Assembly (NCBI GenBank): GCA_004764695.1
Contig: SMSO01000035.1
Span: forward strand, 3,608,040-3,672,039
Origin: Schizochytrium sp. TIO01
Taxonomy: Eukaryota > Protista > Bigyra: Labyrinthulomycetes
Reading direction: 5' to 3'
Length of the DNA stretch: 64,000 nucleotides
The translations under genes and the position numbers were made by a program. The notes below the pieces were generated by a model that saw only the letters and a program-made list of their open reading frames with translations, had not been told where the DNA came from and did not search any database. Below, piece by piece: positions 42,572-53,845 of the stretch. The first letter of the stretch is position 1. Every line of letters starts with the position of its first letter.

Positions 42572-43891
42572 ATGGTGGCTGTTGTGCAGTGCCCAGGTTG
42601 CCTCAAAATCTTAGGTCATACCACACAGGAGAGAACTCAAGAGTATATTGGGAAAGGGCTGTTGTCTGTGGATGTGTGCCAAGGTCTTGTACTATCGGCT
42701 CAGACATTTCGCGATGCACACAGGCCAGAGGAAGGCCCAAGTCGAAAAGCGCAATGTGCATCCTGTAAAGCCCCTGTTGGAAAGATGCTCATTGCAGATG
42801 AAACTCTCGTGGTTCACAAAGGCAGCGTTTCAATCTATGAGATCCCTCAAATGCTGAATGTCTCAAGCTCAGCTGATGTTGCCGGTGCCGTGTCAACTCC
42901 TGCACAACCTTCTGTACAACCTTCTGAGTATATCCAAAATCGTCACCCTGGTACCCAAATGGACGTTTCACGGACCGAACTGCGAAGCATTGTTCGTCGC
43001 GAAGTTGCTAACGCCAGAGCCAAATGGGCTGCCGATTTAGCTACAGAAAAGTCTATGCAACTACTTGTTCAGGAACTCATCAACGATGAGATGGCCAAAG
43101 TCAAATTTACGCTGCTCGCTTTAAACAATCGTATGAACACGCTTGTTGAAGAATTAACCTTTGATGAAAAGCAACAATCGAGATCGGAAGGCATGCACAG
43201 CGACGAGGAAGATGAGGGGATGGATGAGGACGAGGGAAAGCCACTACGTAAGCCTGAAGAGGAGTTGCAGAGCACTGGAGCTGCCAGTGATCAAGAGGAT
43301 GATGAATCTCCGAAAGGCAGGTTGCAGAGGAGCTCAGACAGCAACCAAGATCGAAAACTTGATCGCACTAAATCTGGCACTGTAAAAGGAGGCGGCACTT
43401 CCCGCAAGGTGAAGGAAGAGACAATCCAGGAAATTGATAATCAAAACACTTCTCGTCTCCGTGCGTCTCGCAGCAGCACAAGCAACGGCGCGCATGTTAG
43501 TATGGGAGGTGAAGAACTTAAAGAAGACAAAGAGGAAAGGCAAGGAAATTATTTGACCAGGAATTCTAGCTCGGCTAGCCGCAAGGCATTTGTTCGTGGT
43601 GATAAGTTTGGCGAGGGAGAAGTTCGAAGTAAAAAGAGGTCTCTTCCTACTGCACGTGGGTCAAGAAGAGACAGTAATCTACGTGAAGATCATAAGAACC
43701 AAGACAGCGTAACTTTTGAGTCAGAGGATGATGGTGACGATAGTGACCGGTTTGACTTTGGTGCTTCATCATTTAAGAGGCCCACCTCAACGCGATCCAA
43801 AGCAAACAAATCGAGGCGAGTCATTTATTTGGATGAAGATGATGATGATGATGCTGAGATTCGTGAGATGGATGATAGTGACTACAATTGA
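42572..43891 (+). CDS. Mis18-like protein (Yippee/Mis18 Zn-binding domain, coiled coil, long acidic disordered tail)
   Basis: VVQCPGCLKILG...AQCASCKAPVGK...SVSIYEI fits the Yippee/Mis18 two-CxxC pattern. It is followed by helix EMAKVKFTLLALNNRMNTLVEEL, similar to the Mis18 C-terminal helix. ATG at 42572. Confidence 0.6.
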   Translation: MVAVVQCPGCLKILGHTTQERTQEYIGKGLLSVDVCQGLVLSAQTFRDAHRPEEGPSRKAQCASCKAPVGKMLIADETLVVHKGSVSIYEIPQMLNVSSSADVAGAVSTPAQPSVQPSEYIQNRHPGTQMDVSRTELRSIVRREVANARAKWAADLATEKSMQLLVQELINDEMAKVKFTLLALNNRMNTLVEELTFDEKQQSRSEGMHSDEEDEGMDEDEGKPLRKPEEELQSTGAASDQEDDESPKGRLQRSSDSNQDRKLDRTKSGTVKGGGTSRKVKEETIQEIDNQNTSRLRASRSSTSNGAHVSMGGEELKEDKEERQGNYLTRNSSSASRKAFVRGDKFGEGEVRSKKRSLPTARGSRRDSNLREDHKNQDSVTFESEDDGDDSDRFDFGASSFKRPTSTRSKANKSRRVIYLDEDDDDDAEIREMDDSDYN

Positions 43892-44516
43892 GCAAATCTG
43901 AATTTTAGAAAGTAGCCTGTGTTCTGGAACATGCTTTTGGGACTATTACGTCCATGATAGAATATTGATAACATGGTGGTACTAAGGTATATAGTTCAGG
44001 AATAGTTTGGACTATTAGCTAGAACACATCGAACGGCACAATTTTTTCTAAGATTTACATATCTCTGAATAGGAAATCAAGATGCAAACAAGACTTATAT
44101 TTGTACCGACAATTGATGAACATTTATAAGCATGCCTTTATGTGAATCCTCTTCTTCTTCATTCTTTGATTGTCAAGAAACTATTAAGACTTTCTTTCTT
44201 TTTTTAAATTTTAAACAAATAAAATCAGATTTTGCTCTTCTTTTTATAGTTAGAGAGGGGAACAGGGGATTGTCTAAATTCTGCACCTGTTATGAGTGTA
44301 GGCAGAGTACAACAGTAAGGGGTAAGGCGACATCCACGGATCAATCCCCTTTGCCCTGCCTTAGCACAAATGATCAATTATCTTTAAAAACAAAAAGCGA
44401 GATTCATGCTTCTTTTTTCCTTTCTAGATTTACTACCCTTGTATCATAACACGTTAGACACCTTGAATTCGTGCGGGGGATTTGCGGAAACTGTTTTTGT
44501 AGAGAAGCTAGGTGGC

Positions 44517-45704
44517 TTAAGCTTCGTCATCTTCTTTATTCTCTGCCTCTGCAGAACCTTCGCCATCCTCGGCATTCTCGGCATTTTCGGCAGCTGCAGC
44601 AGCTGCAGCAGCCTCAGCCTCAGCCTCAGCTTGCCGGCGGGCCTCCTCCTCGGCAGCCTCCCTAATAGCTCTCTCTCGTGCAGCAATTTCATCCTTTCGT
44701 TTTTGTGTGAGCTCTTGGCGACGTTGCAATGCATGTGCAACAAGGTCATCTGCTAATTTGCGTGCTACCAGCCTTGAATCAACGCGAGTCTGAACAGCAG
44801 TAACAAGCCAAGGAAGGAATTCGTCTTCGACTTCCTTAATGATAGGATCATAAAACTGGCCACTCTCCATCAGCTTATCAAAAACATTATTGTGCAGGTC
44901 TGACAAATAGTCTGATGCGAAGGCTCGTGCCGCAACCTTATCCATGACCTCTGATTCACGTGCCTTGCGGGCTGTTTCCTGAGCAATCCGTCTCGACTTC
45001 TCTTCACTGCGGCGGATGGCCTCTGCTTCCATACGCTGCACTTGAGCTCGCTCCACATTGCGCACCTGCTCAAAATCATCCTGATGAGCTCGAATGGCAG
45101 CTAGTTCCTCTTCTTCGAGCACTTCCATCATTGCATGTTCTAGAGTTTTACCCACAAGTACCTCCAGAATTGGTTCAACCTCGGCATCAAAGTCAAATAG
45201 CTCATCCACCTCAACTTGTGTTTCGGCATCAACTCCTGTCTTAAAGGGCATGAACAGCGGGAGGGATGGACGATCCATGAACGGGTCAGTCTGCGTCTCA
45301 ACCTCAGTCTCTGGCACTTTATCTGTAAGTTCTTCAAGGTATGTCTCGGTTTGTACATCCATGTCTTTGCGCTCCACATCTGAAGGAGATGGGGGCACCA
45401 TGCCCATGTCTCCATACTCGACAGGAGCTCCCTGGTTGTCATTCGACCCTTGTTCCAAGCTCCCGGCTACGGCACTGGGTGACGACGCCTTGTTGCCAGA
45501 ACGATTTTTCTTTCCACGGCGCATAAGATCTGCTTTTCCTTTGGTATGGCTTGAGTAGGTGCTTCCACGATAAACACGCCGATCGTACATGATATTTACG
45601 CTCTCCGTAAGCTGGTCATCATCCTGACGATAGCCACCCCGGGCTTTTCGATTTGCCTGCACTGGGTTTGGCTTTGCTGCAAAGGTATACGTCTGCTGTG
45701 ACAT
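44517..45704 (-). CDS. RSPH3: Flagellar radial spoke protein 3
   Basis: NIMYDRRVYRGSTYS, VQTETYLEEL, TQTDPFMDRP..PLFMPFKTGVDAETQV..LFDFDAEVEPILEVLVGKTLEHAMMEVLEEEELAAIR are RSP3 signatures. Confidence 0.96.
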   Translation of the reverse strand: MSQQTYTFAAKPNPVQANRKARGGYRQDDDQLTESVNIMYDRRVYRGSTYSSHTKGKADLMRRGKKNRSGNKASSPSAVAGSLEQGSNDNQGAPVEYGDMGMVPPSPSDVERKDMDVQTETYLEELTDKVPETEVETQTDPFMDRPSLPLFMPFKTGVDAETQVEVDELFDFDAEVEPILEVLVGKTLEHAMMEVLEEEELAAIRAHQDDFEQVRNVERAQVQRMEAEAIRRSEEKSRRIAQETARKARESEVMDKVAARAFASDYLSDLHNNVFDKLMESGQFYDPIIKEVEDEFLPWLVTAVQTRVDSRLVARKLADDLVAHALQRRQELTQKRKDEIAARERAIREAAEEEARRQAEAEAEAAAAAAAAENAENAEDGEGSAEAENKEDDEA

Positions 45705-46989
45705 GGTGGCTTGCGCGTAGCTGTTCGTAAATAGAAAACTAGCTTTTGGGTTTCAGCCTTCTCCAGCTGCAATTGTCTCCTGAGCAGCGGCTGTAATGTC
45801 AGCACGTGGAATTCTGCGCACCCTTTACAGTTTAGCACAACAATACGTCTTTCCTTCAGAGTAAGGTTGTAATCCACTCCTCCACCGGGCTAGAGTCTGC
45901 ACGACTGTTCCTGACCGCCGCGACGCTGTGCAGGAATACCCTTGCCAGCAAGGCAGCTACCCACGTAAGCAGTCAGGGTATCAATTAATTCCTCAAGGCT
46001 AGCAACAGCACCAGCAACACAAACTTGCACACCAAAAGTTGTTCCTAATTAATTACATACCCTTTCCTATTTACATATATGCATGCATTCACTCCATGCA
46101 GAAAAACAATGCATATACCCTACAGATGTCATCCAATAAAGAAAAACAAATACATGCACATGTCCTCACATATACTCTTGATACTTTCATTCTCACAAAC
46201 AACACCTTTCTAGGTTCTCCGCGCCAGTAACACCTTATTTGATGCCTTGTCACGCAGCATGTCGCTCCCGTTCTCGCCATGTGCACCCCATGATCCTCAT
46301 TGCTTTTGTAGTAAACTCCCAACAACAAAAAATCCGTTATCCTTCTCAATAATTATGATTTTAAAAAGTAATAATATCATATGACTATGTAGTCCTACTA
46401 TTCATAGACCCTCGTGTTGATACCTCTAGATGTGTGTTATTTAAGAGTAATACTCCATAGTGCTGATAGGAGATAGACTAGATGAGGGATTAAGCCTATC
46501 TGTCCCGTTCTATTCTTGTTCAACGTTCTTAATAATTTGGGTCCCGATAACCGGGACATGGATCATGAGTGGGCAGCGCGGATATGGACAGAACTGGGGA
46601 GACCATCTTGCGGTAGTGGCAGGCGCGGAGGGCGAGCTTCGATGAAAGTGTCGTGCTTGCAACCAAGCTATCTTGAGAAATATCAGAAGCTGAAGACGTT
46701 GTAGCCAAGGTTGAATTTATTCTTGTGGCCTTGACTGTCTCAAGAGGAAAGGAAAACCCGGACTCTGTCATCCCTCATTGACCTCAACCCAGACTCGGGC
46801 TTTCTCCAAAGGGTCCACCGTTGCAGCTAACTTGAGGTAGTCAGCAGAACCACCATTAAAATCGAAAAAATTTGACACGTCAAGTAATCTACAGACAAAA
46901 CATTGAACCTTTGCTCGTGACGGAAGAGTGTGTCATAAAGTGGAGGAAAGAGTGGCGGTCGAGGACTGCCACAAGACTCGTGAGGAACC

Positions 46990-49900
46990 ATGGACGTCAT
47001 GATGAGGCTGCCGTCGTCTTCGCTGGACGTATTACGAAGTAAGTTCGTATCCAGCGGAAATGGCAATGGTCTTGTCCTGGAAGAGTTTGTAGATGCCATG
47101 TTGCATTATCTACCAAAGCAAGCCACTGAAGATGAGTGCGTGAAACTTGTCATGGAACTTGTAGACTTGTATAGACAAGTAGATGTCAATGGCGATTGTT
47201 TTATGTCCTGGGATGAATTTACATCGCATTGCATTGAGGCAGGAATGCTTGCAACCCGAAATGTAGAGAAGCCCCTCGCGGTAAACTTTCGACTTTCAGA
47301 TGACTTTAAGGATCCCCTTGCCCACCATGTTGTGATTGAATTTCAACTAGTGGAGGCTCTTAACGCAATATTGGTGGTAGAAGCAAATTCGAATTGTGTG
47401 AAAATAATAAATGCAACAACTTTCAAGCTTGAACGCACTCTCAACGTGCGAAAAGAGCCTTGTACAATGGATAATGGGGTTGTCCTTGACGATACTGGCT
47501 CGCCTATTTTAGGTATCACGTATGCTCATGATCTGCAACTGCTTGTTATTTGTTGTGCTGATATGTCTATATCGTTCTGGCACTGGGATGACTTTCGAAA
47601 CCTTGGTCGCATGCAAGCCCGGTCAATACGTCGACTTACCTATGGTTCTAATTCTATTCTTTACACAACAGATGACTCTGGTCTCGTTTTTATGTGGCAG
47701 TTACGGATTAAACATTTTCATGGAGGGCCAGCGCAATGTATTTGCATCCCTCGTGGTGTCCTTCAGGGTCACAAAGGAATGGTCACAGCATTTGCAAGCA
47801 TCCAGGTCTACAACATTCTTGCAACTGGAAGCATGGATGCTCAAATTCTGCTTTGGGATTTAGAATCCAATCGACAAAAGGGAGAACTATTAAAACACAA
47901 GCGCGCAGTGTGCCATCTCATATATAGCAAGTCCATGGATCTACTTCTTAGCGCTGGATATGAAAACGATATCTACTGCTGGGATGTTTATAACAAACAA
48001 ATTGTGCTAGAGCTGTCTGGCCATCATGCACCATGCGTTGGCCTTCAGCTCACATATTTGCATGCTGAAGATATGGAAGAGCATGCTGTATCATGCGATA
48101 CAAATGGTATCTTCAAACTATGGAAGCTTGCGCGCACAACCAGTGGGGAGATCACTGCTCAACAAACATTTGCTGCAGACCCATCAAACTCTTTGTACAA
48201 ACCACAATTCATTCTTGCTTGTGGTCCTCGTAAAGTGCTTGCGGTAAGTCGAGAAGTCCGCCTATATGAGGCTGTATCTACATACGTTCAGGACTTCTTG
48301 CCTTTTGTCGCACTATTCAATAAAGTTTTGGACCGTTTCTATGTCGCCCTTGGCAAATACGTTCAGGTATGGTGCGCAATCAATGGTGAAATGATTGACG
48401 AATGGTATCATGTCTCTGATAGCGAAATATCTTGCATGTGCTTCGACGATCGTGAGCGCAAAGTTCTCTTGGGCAACGTGAATGGTCATGTTGTAGTTTT
48501 GAACGCTTTGAACGGTGCGATTATGAAATCTGTAACTCTGAGTGATATTGCACACTCAACAGTTTGTGCTGAAAAGGGTCTAGGTGGAGGACAGATTGAT
48601 GATTCATCTGAAGAGAATCCTTTGCAAAAAGCTGATTATGCTGTTGTGAGCATTCATTATAACAAAGAAGACAAGTGCTTGATAGCTGTTTCTACAAGAG
48701 CTATTTATGTATTTGATGAGGACGAGACTGAAGAGAAGGCTGATGGGGTACTCATGCCCCTTTTTCGTGCTGCTATCGATATTCACGAATATAATGTTAC
48801 AGCTAGTGCATTTAGCTACCAGCTTTCCTTGATTGCAACAGGCTCAGGGGACAGAACTATTAGAATTTGGGACTTTCAGCAGCTTCGTCTTGAAGGTGAA
48901 TGCGTGGGTCATAAAGGTCCAATCACTGCCATGACTTTTGCAGAACCATACTCTGTGCTTTGTACTGCAGATGAAGATGGGAATTTGTCATTATGGACAG
49001 TACGCCCGTCGCCGCGACCATTCATGCGTGTTGCTTCAATCATGTGCAGATCACCTCGCCCACGTAGCGACGAGGGTAAGCTCGCATTCTGGCTTGGTGT
49101 ACAAGCAGTCCAATCTAGAAAGTCTCTAGAAGACGGAAAAGATGATACTTCAGATGTACTTGAACCTGAAATTTCTCGCAGTCGAACGAACCATGCCACG
49201 GACGAAGCAGATTATGCGACGAGTTCTAGAAAAGGCTTTTTCACGCGTCGTGCCACTGTAGCAACAAGTAGCGGTAAAGGACAAGCGCTAACAGCGAGCT
49301 TTCGACAAGCTATGGAAACTGTTGCAATCAAATGCATGGAGGTCATTCCATCATCTACAGGGGGCGGTCTTATGCTAATTACAGGCGACCGCCGCGGAGA
49401 TATCAAGGAGTGGAGCCTTGGGATGTGTATCTCCGATCTGGAATTAGAGCCAGTTGAGGAATCGAAGATGCCACCCAATCTTGATGGCTATAACGCATCG
49501 AGGCATGTGGATCTAAGCTACAAATATCTCTACGAGGACCTTGACGCCGGTTTGGGTGATGATGACATAGGAGCAGATATGATTGCGAGTGCCGAACTTG
49601 ACGAACACCGTAAGAAGAAGATTCAGGAAAGAAAAGATCGAAAACGTAAACAAGAGAGAATGAGAGAAAAACTATTACGGATTAGACAGAATCATAACGC
49701 CTCATCTATGAAAGCTGACGCCCGACTTCATGTTTTAAAACTGTTCTTCGCCCATACCGAAGAAGTAAATTCTGTGCAATCGATTGCAAACCCGCAGGCA
49801 TTCCTGACCTGCTCTACTGATGGTAACGTTAGAATATGGAATCGTGAAGGCAAACGGATTGGAAATCTTACCATGAGTGATTATGAAGTGACTAGCATTC

Positions 49901-52002
49901 AACAGGGTATTGAGCGGCCCACCATATACAATTTCAATCTTGATGTGCATGCGAAATTCCAACTGCGATATGACGAAGCAGAAGAGCTCTTAAATAAGGT
50001 CAGGAAAAAGTTCACGTTGCCGCGGTTGTTGTCACGCAAGTCATTTAGCACGATTCCGCGAAACCTTGATCTCCATATTGAAAACCAATCCGACACTTAC
50101 TCTGCTGAAGTCCTTCGTCTAGGAAACACTCGCGTCGCGCATGCGTTAGCGAGCCTTCTATATGAAGAGAAAAGGAGGGCCAACCAAACTGCAACACCTA
50201 GAAGTGAGTCTTCTAATGATACGTATGACCTCTCCACAGCAACTGATAGCTCTTCAGATGACTCTGGACCTTCCCCCGATGCAATGGAGATCCCTGAGAC
50301 TGGAGTAATTAGCAGTCGGAATCCTGAACTGCATAATCTGGCAAAAGATCTTCAAAAGAAGTTACCAAAGCTAGGTAAGAAAATGGACAACAAGCCTCCT
50401 AAGTTACAACGGCTGCCTTCTGACAAAGGTCTGACGGCTACAAGCTCCGAGGGAAGATTTTCGCCGCTTCGAAACTCATACAAAAGTTACGCCTTAGAAC
50501 ATGAAAGGCAGGTTGCTGCTAACAGCTCTCAGGCTCGGCTACGAAACATGAAAATCGATACAACACCATCTGACTTAATGCGAAAGGTTCTTATTGAAGC
50601 AGAGGATAAGGCAAGGGCCCGTCGAAAGACGGCAGCTCGCCTAAAAAACGGAGCGGATCCTAAGGAGTCTCATGCAATACAAGAAGATTCTAAGGATGAT
50701 CCTCCTCCTGACCAGTCGACTCAATCTTTTCGGTCAAATCGCTGTTTTTCATTGCCAGAGCTCGGGTCGTCTCGAGCCTTGATTACAAATTTAGATGATC
50801 TTCCTGCTATCAAACCTCGCCGAGTATCTGTTATGGACCGACCACCGCGACGCATGACAGACCTTTCCTTAAGAAGTAACCTTTCCGAGCAAAGTTCAGC
50901 ATTGTTGCATGACATTCAAGCAAAACTATCACATGTGGCTCCGCCCAGTTCCAACAAGCCGGGCTTTGATGAGAGTTTTCTGTTTGAGCAAGGCATAGGT
51001 GTACGGCAATTGTCGGCTGAGGCGTGTATTACATCGGAGGATTTACTTAACCGATCCTCAAGTGACTTGCTTGTCGATGATTCAAAGATGCCAGAGTATC
51101 GACGACGCTCTGTAGCCCGTATCAGTTTCGTTTTCAAACAGCATAACCTGGATCTGACGACTACATCAGAGCTTGAAGAGCTGGAAGAAGGAAAACATGA
51201 GGGCGAGGCTAACCGTGTTGATGATAGTCTTGGAGATCTTGTTGCTGCAAACACTAGTGCAACTCAAAATCGAGTACACAGCAAGACCGTCTTTGCGGGA
51301 GGAGATCGCCCCTCAGAATCTCGTGGAACAACTCTGTCTGCTGCTACTCTCAAAAGCATGCAACGTCGTCGTGAAAGTGAGTCCGCAATGGTCCGAACTC
51401 CAGCCATCTTGTTGAATGGTCCCAACATTGGAATATACTCGAAACGAGAAGTTCTCAACTTAAAGATTATTTTTGACCAGCTTGATGCAAACGAATCAGG
51501 GGAGGTTGAGCTTGAGGAGTTAATGGATAACGTCGAGCGGCTTCAAATAGATCGTGAGCATTTGGCAGAAATGTTTGACACCCTGGACAAGAATCATTCT
51601 GGTACTATTGGGTTTGCAGAGGTGCTTCGACTTGTTTTTAGTGGAGCTACGTTTGAGCATGTTCGAGCTATGCAGGAATTTATTGAGGCTACATCTAAGT
51701 CTGCTGCAGAACCTGCAAAGGCAGTCATGACCGAGGATGATCGCAAAGAACTCAGTGAGCTGTTCCGCCTGTATGACAAGGATAGTGGCGGGACTCTTTC
51801 ATTAGTTGAACTATTTGAAGTCTTGAATAAGCGCGAATACAAGCCCCGTGATCTATTCGGCAATGATGAGGACCTGATCTTTACCTTTGCCGATCTCGAG
51901 CGCCTTACAAAGAAGTTCGATTTCACTCTAGACCATGAGCTGAGTGAGGAGGACTTTATCAACCTTATGTTCGAATTTCAACAAACTGAGGTCCACATTT
52001 AG
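46990..52002 (+). CDS. EF-hand / WD40-repeat / EF-hand protein (WDR49/WDR64/EFCAB8-like architecture)
   Basis: 1670 aa. N-terminal EF loop DVNGDCFMSWDEF. WD repeats (GHKGMV..LATGSMDAQILLWD, IATGSGDRTIRIWD, AHTEEV..TCSTDGNVRIWN). C-terminal EF loops DANESGEVELEE, DKNHSGTIGFAE, DKDSGGTLSLVE. Confidence 0.88.
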   Translation: MDVMMRLPSSSLDVLRSKFVSSGNGNGLVLEEFVDAMLHYLPKQATEDECVKLVMELVDLYRQVDVNGDCFMSWDEFTSHCIEAGMLATRNVEKPLAVNFRLSDDFKDPLAHHVVIEFQLVEALNAILVVEANSNCVKIINATTFKLERTLNVRKEPCTMDNGVVLDDTGSPILGITYAHDLQLLVICCADMSISFWHWDDFRNLGRMQARSIRRLTYGSNSILYTTDDSGLVFMWQLRIKHFHGGPAQCICIPRGVLQGHKGMVTAFASIQVYNILATGSMDAQILLWDLESNRQKGELLKHKRAVCHLIYSKSMDLLLSAGYENDIYCWDVYNKQIVLELSGHHAPCVGLQLTYLHAEDMEEHAVSCDTNGIFKLWKLARTTSGEITAQQTFAADPSNSLYKPQFILACGPRKVLAVSREVRLYEAVSTYVQDFLPFVALFNKVLDRFYVALGKYVQVWCAINGEMIDEWYHVSDSEISCMCFDDRERKVLLGNVNGHVVVLNALNGAIMKSVTLSDIAHSTVCAEKGLGGGQIDDSSEENPLQKADYAVVSIHYNKEDKCLIAVSTRAIYVFDEDETEEKADGVLMPLFRAAIDIHEYNVTASAFSYQLSLIATGSGDRTIRIWDFQQLRLEGECVGHKGPITAMTFAEPYSVLCTADEDGNLSLWTVRPSPRPFMRVASIMCRSPRPRSDEGKLAFWLGVQAVQSRKSLEDGKDDTSDVLEPEISRSRTNHATDEADYATSSRKGFFTRRATVATSSGKGQALTASFRQAMETVAIKCMEVIPSSTGGGLMLITGDRRGDIKEWSLGMCISDLELEPVEESKMPPNLDGYNASRHVDLSYKYLYEDLDAGLGDDDIGADMIASAELDEHRKKKIQERKDRKRKQERMREKLLRIRQNHNASSMKADARLHVLKLFFAHTEEVNSVQSIANPQAFLTCSTDGNVRIWNREGKRIGNLTMSDYEVTSIQQGIERPTIYNFNLDVHAKFQLRYDEAEELLNKVRKKFTLPRLLSRKSFSTIPRNLDLHIENQSDTYSAEVLRLGNTRVAHALASLLYEEKRRANQTATPRSESSNDTYDLSTATDSSSDDSGPSPDAMEIPETGVISSRNPELHNLAKDLQKKLPKLGKKMDNKPPKLQRLPSDKGLTATSSEGRFSPLRNSYKSYALEHERQVAANSSQARLRNMKIDTTPSDLMRKVLIEAEDKARARRKTAARLKNGADPKESHAIQEDSKDDPPPDQSTQSFRSNRCFSLPELGSSRALITNLDDLPAIKPRRVSVMDRPPRRMTDLSLRSNLSEQSSALLHDIQAKLSHVAPPSSNKPGFDESFLFEQGIGVRQLSAEACITSEDLLNRSSSDLLVDDSKMPEYRRRSVARISFVFKQHNLDLTTTSELEELEEGKHEGEANRVDDSLGDLVAANTSATQNRVHSKTVFAGGDRPSESRGTTLSAATLKSMQRRRESESAMVRTPAILLNGPNIGIYSKREVLNLKIIFDQLDANESGEVELEELMDNVERLQIDREHLAEMFDTLDKNHSGTIGFAEVLRLVFSGATFEHVRAMQEFIEATSKSAAEPAKAVMTEDDRKELSELFRLYDKDSGGTLSLVELFEVLNKREYKPRDLFGNDEDLIFTFADLERLTKKFDFTLDHELSEEDFINLMFEFQQTEVHI

Positions 52003-53410
52003 TCCCCTTCTTGACATTTATTTGATTAATCTAGTTTTACATTGTAATATATAACAAAGCAAACTTTTAGAATTATTTTCTTATTCCTCAAGTCATGACA
52101 TGCACGGTTTAGCACCTCTATTTACTTCGCATTCTAAGGGAGGGATTGTTGATCGCTGCTATCTTCGTTCGAATTTCCCCTACTCCTCTGAGGTAGGCGC
52201 CCATTTACTACTTCTCCGTTCAAAGGCAACTGAATGCCTACTAGTCCCTAGCTGCCTAGGTGCTAGCTAGCAAGCAACCTGCTACTCCTTTTACTTCAAG
52301 TTCGTCGAAACTCAATTTTATAAAACATCTCTCTTCATGTCATAGGTCCTTTTAATGGCCAATGGATGAAGATGAGCGGCTGTAAAGAAGAGCAAAGCAT
52401 CTATCCGCCGTTCCCCAATTATACTATGCGTTATTCTCCCCCCACAATAGGTTATAAACCTTTATAATAGGTTATAAACCTATACTTCACTTTCTTTTCT
52501 TCTCCTCCGGCCAATCATACCCTACTGCTTCCTACGTATCTACCATTGGCTAAGCACATCTTACAGAGGTACTACTGCTATTAAAACATCACGATAGCCC
52601 TACTATGGGTAGCAGTGCCAATAGTAGTTTTTAGTAGTTTTTTCCCTAAGTGAAAGGAGTATGGGTTTGCACTTCGCTGTCACCATAGCTCGCATCCGTA
52701 GAGGAGACTACTCCCGTGGTACTCCTAACCTTTTGCGTAGTGTACCTCTAGTGGTCTTTTGCTCCCTTGGAACACCTGTTCTGTTCTCTGCTTGGTTTCT
52801 CTCTGTCCTTTTATGCCCTGCTTTGTGCATCGTCAGTTCTCTGCGAACTCGGTCGTAGTTTGATCCCATTCTCCTCGAATGAACTAGCTTTGCTGTTTCT
52901 GCATTTGGAGTCGAAGTCGAAGTTCGAAGTGGTTGAAGATGTAATTTCAGGTGAAGTTCGATTTGTTCTATTTACCTGTGCCCTGCGTTCCGTTCGTTCT
53001 GCTTTGTATTTGTTTTTTCTTTCTTGTTCTTGTTCTTGTTCTTGTTCTTGTTCTAAAAGCTGCCTGTGTTCTATTTGCTCTTTCGTTCTTTGCCTGTACT
53101 TAGATAGGCAGTAGTGGCTGTCTGTTTGTCTGTCAGCCTTTACTTTATTTGTTTGATTGACCATCAATTGAGTTTTGGTATTTGTCTACTTGTGCGGGTT
53201 TAATTTTCTATTTGCAGCCTTCTGATTGTTCACTTGTTGCAGTTTGATTGTTCATTTGCTGTTTCTCTGCTCTGATGGTGCCTATCGCCTTGCCTACTAT
53301 GGCTGTCACTGCTGCTGCATTCATTCTACGTACTGCGAAGGCCGCCGCCGTCGCCGCTACCCCACCGTCTTTGGAGATTTAGAGGAGCGAGTACTCTACC
53401 TGCGTCAAAA

Positions 53411-53845
53411 ATGGCTCTCCGTCTTCTCCGCGTGTCCCCTGGCCCTCGCAAGTTTGTGGGCAAGGTCGTGTCCACCAAGATGAACAAGAGCATCGTGGTC
53501 GATGTGGAGCGCTTCGTGCCGCACCCTCGCTACGAGAAGTACGTGCGCCGCAACAAGAAGTTCATGGCACACGATGAGCTTGAGCTTGCCAAGGAGGGAG
53601 ATATCGTTAAGATTGTCACTTGCAGGCCCATCTCTAAGAACAAAGCTTTCAACCTAGTTGAGTTCATTCGCACCTACGACGGCCGCCCCGTGGACGCCCC
53701 ACCTGCGCTCAAGCCCATCGAGCGTGACCCTGCCAAGAAGGAGGCCCGTCTCGAACGCCAGGCAAAGCGCAAGGAGCGTAAGCAGTCTCGTCGTGACTAC
53801 CAGGAGCGCATGATTGAGGAGGACAAGCTCTACGACTTGAACTAA
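53411..53845 (+). CDS. MRPS17: Mitochondrial (bacterial-type) ribosomal protein uS17
   Basis: GKVVSTKMNKSIVVDVERFVPHPRYEKYVRRNKKFMAHDE..GDIVKIVTCRPISKNKAF is the S17 signature, with a basic C-terminal extension and strong codon bias. Confidence 0.92.
   Translation: MALRLLRVSPGPRKFVGKVVSTKMNKSIVVDVERFVPHPRYEKYVRRNKKFMAHDELELAKEGDIVKIVTCRPISKNKAFNLVEFIRTYDGRPVDAPPALKPIERDPAKKEARLERQAKRKERKQSRRDYQERMIEEDKLYDLN

Noticed and set aside
52661-53167. ORFs containing QEQEQE/SCSCSC repeats
   Set aside because: Derived from a (TTCTTG)n repeat in the pyrimidine-rich leader region of the uS17m gene.
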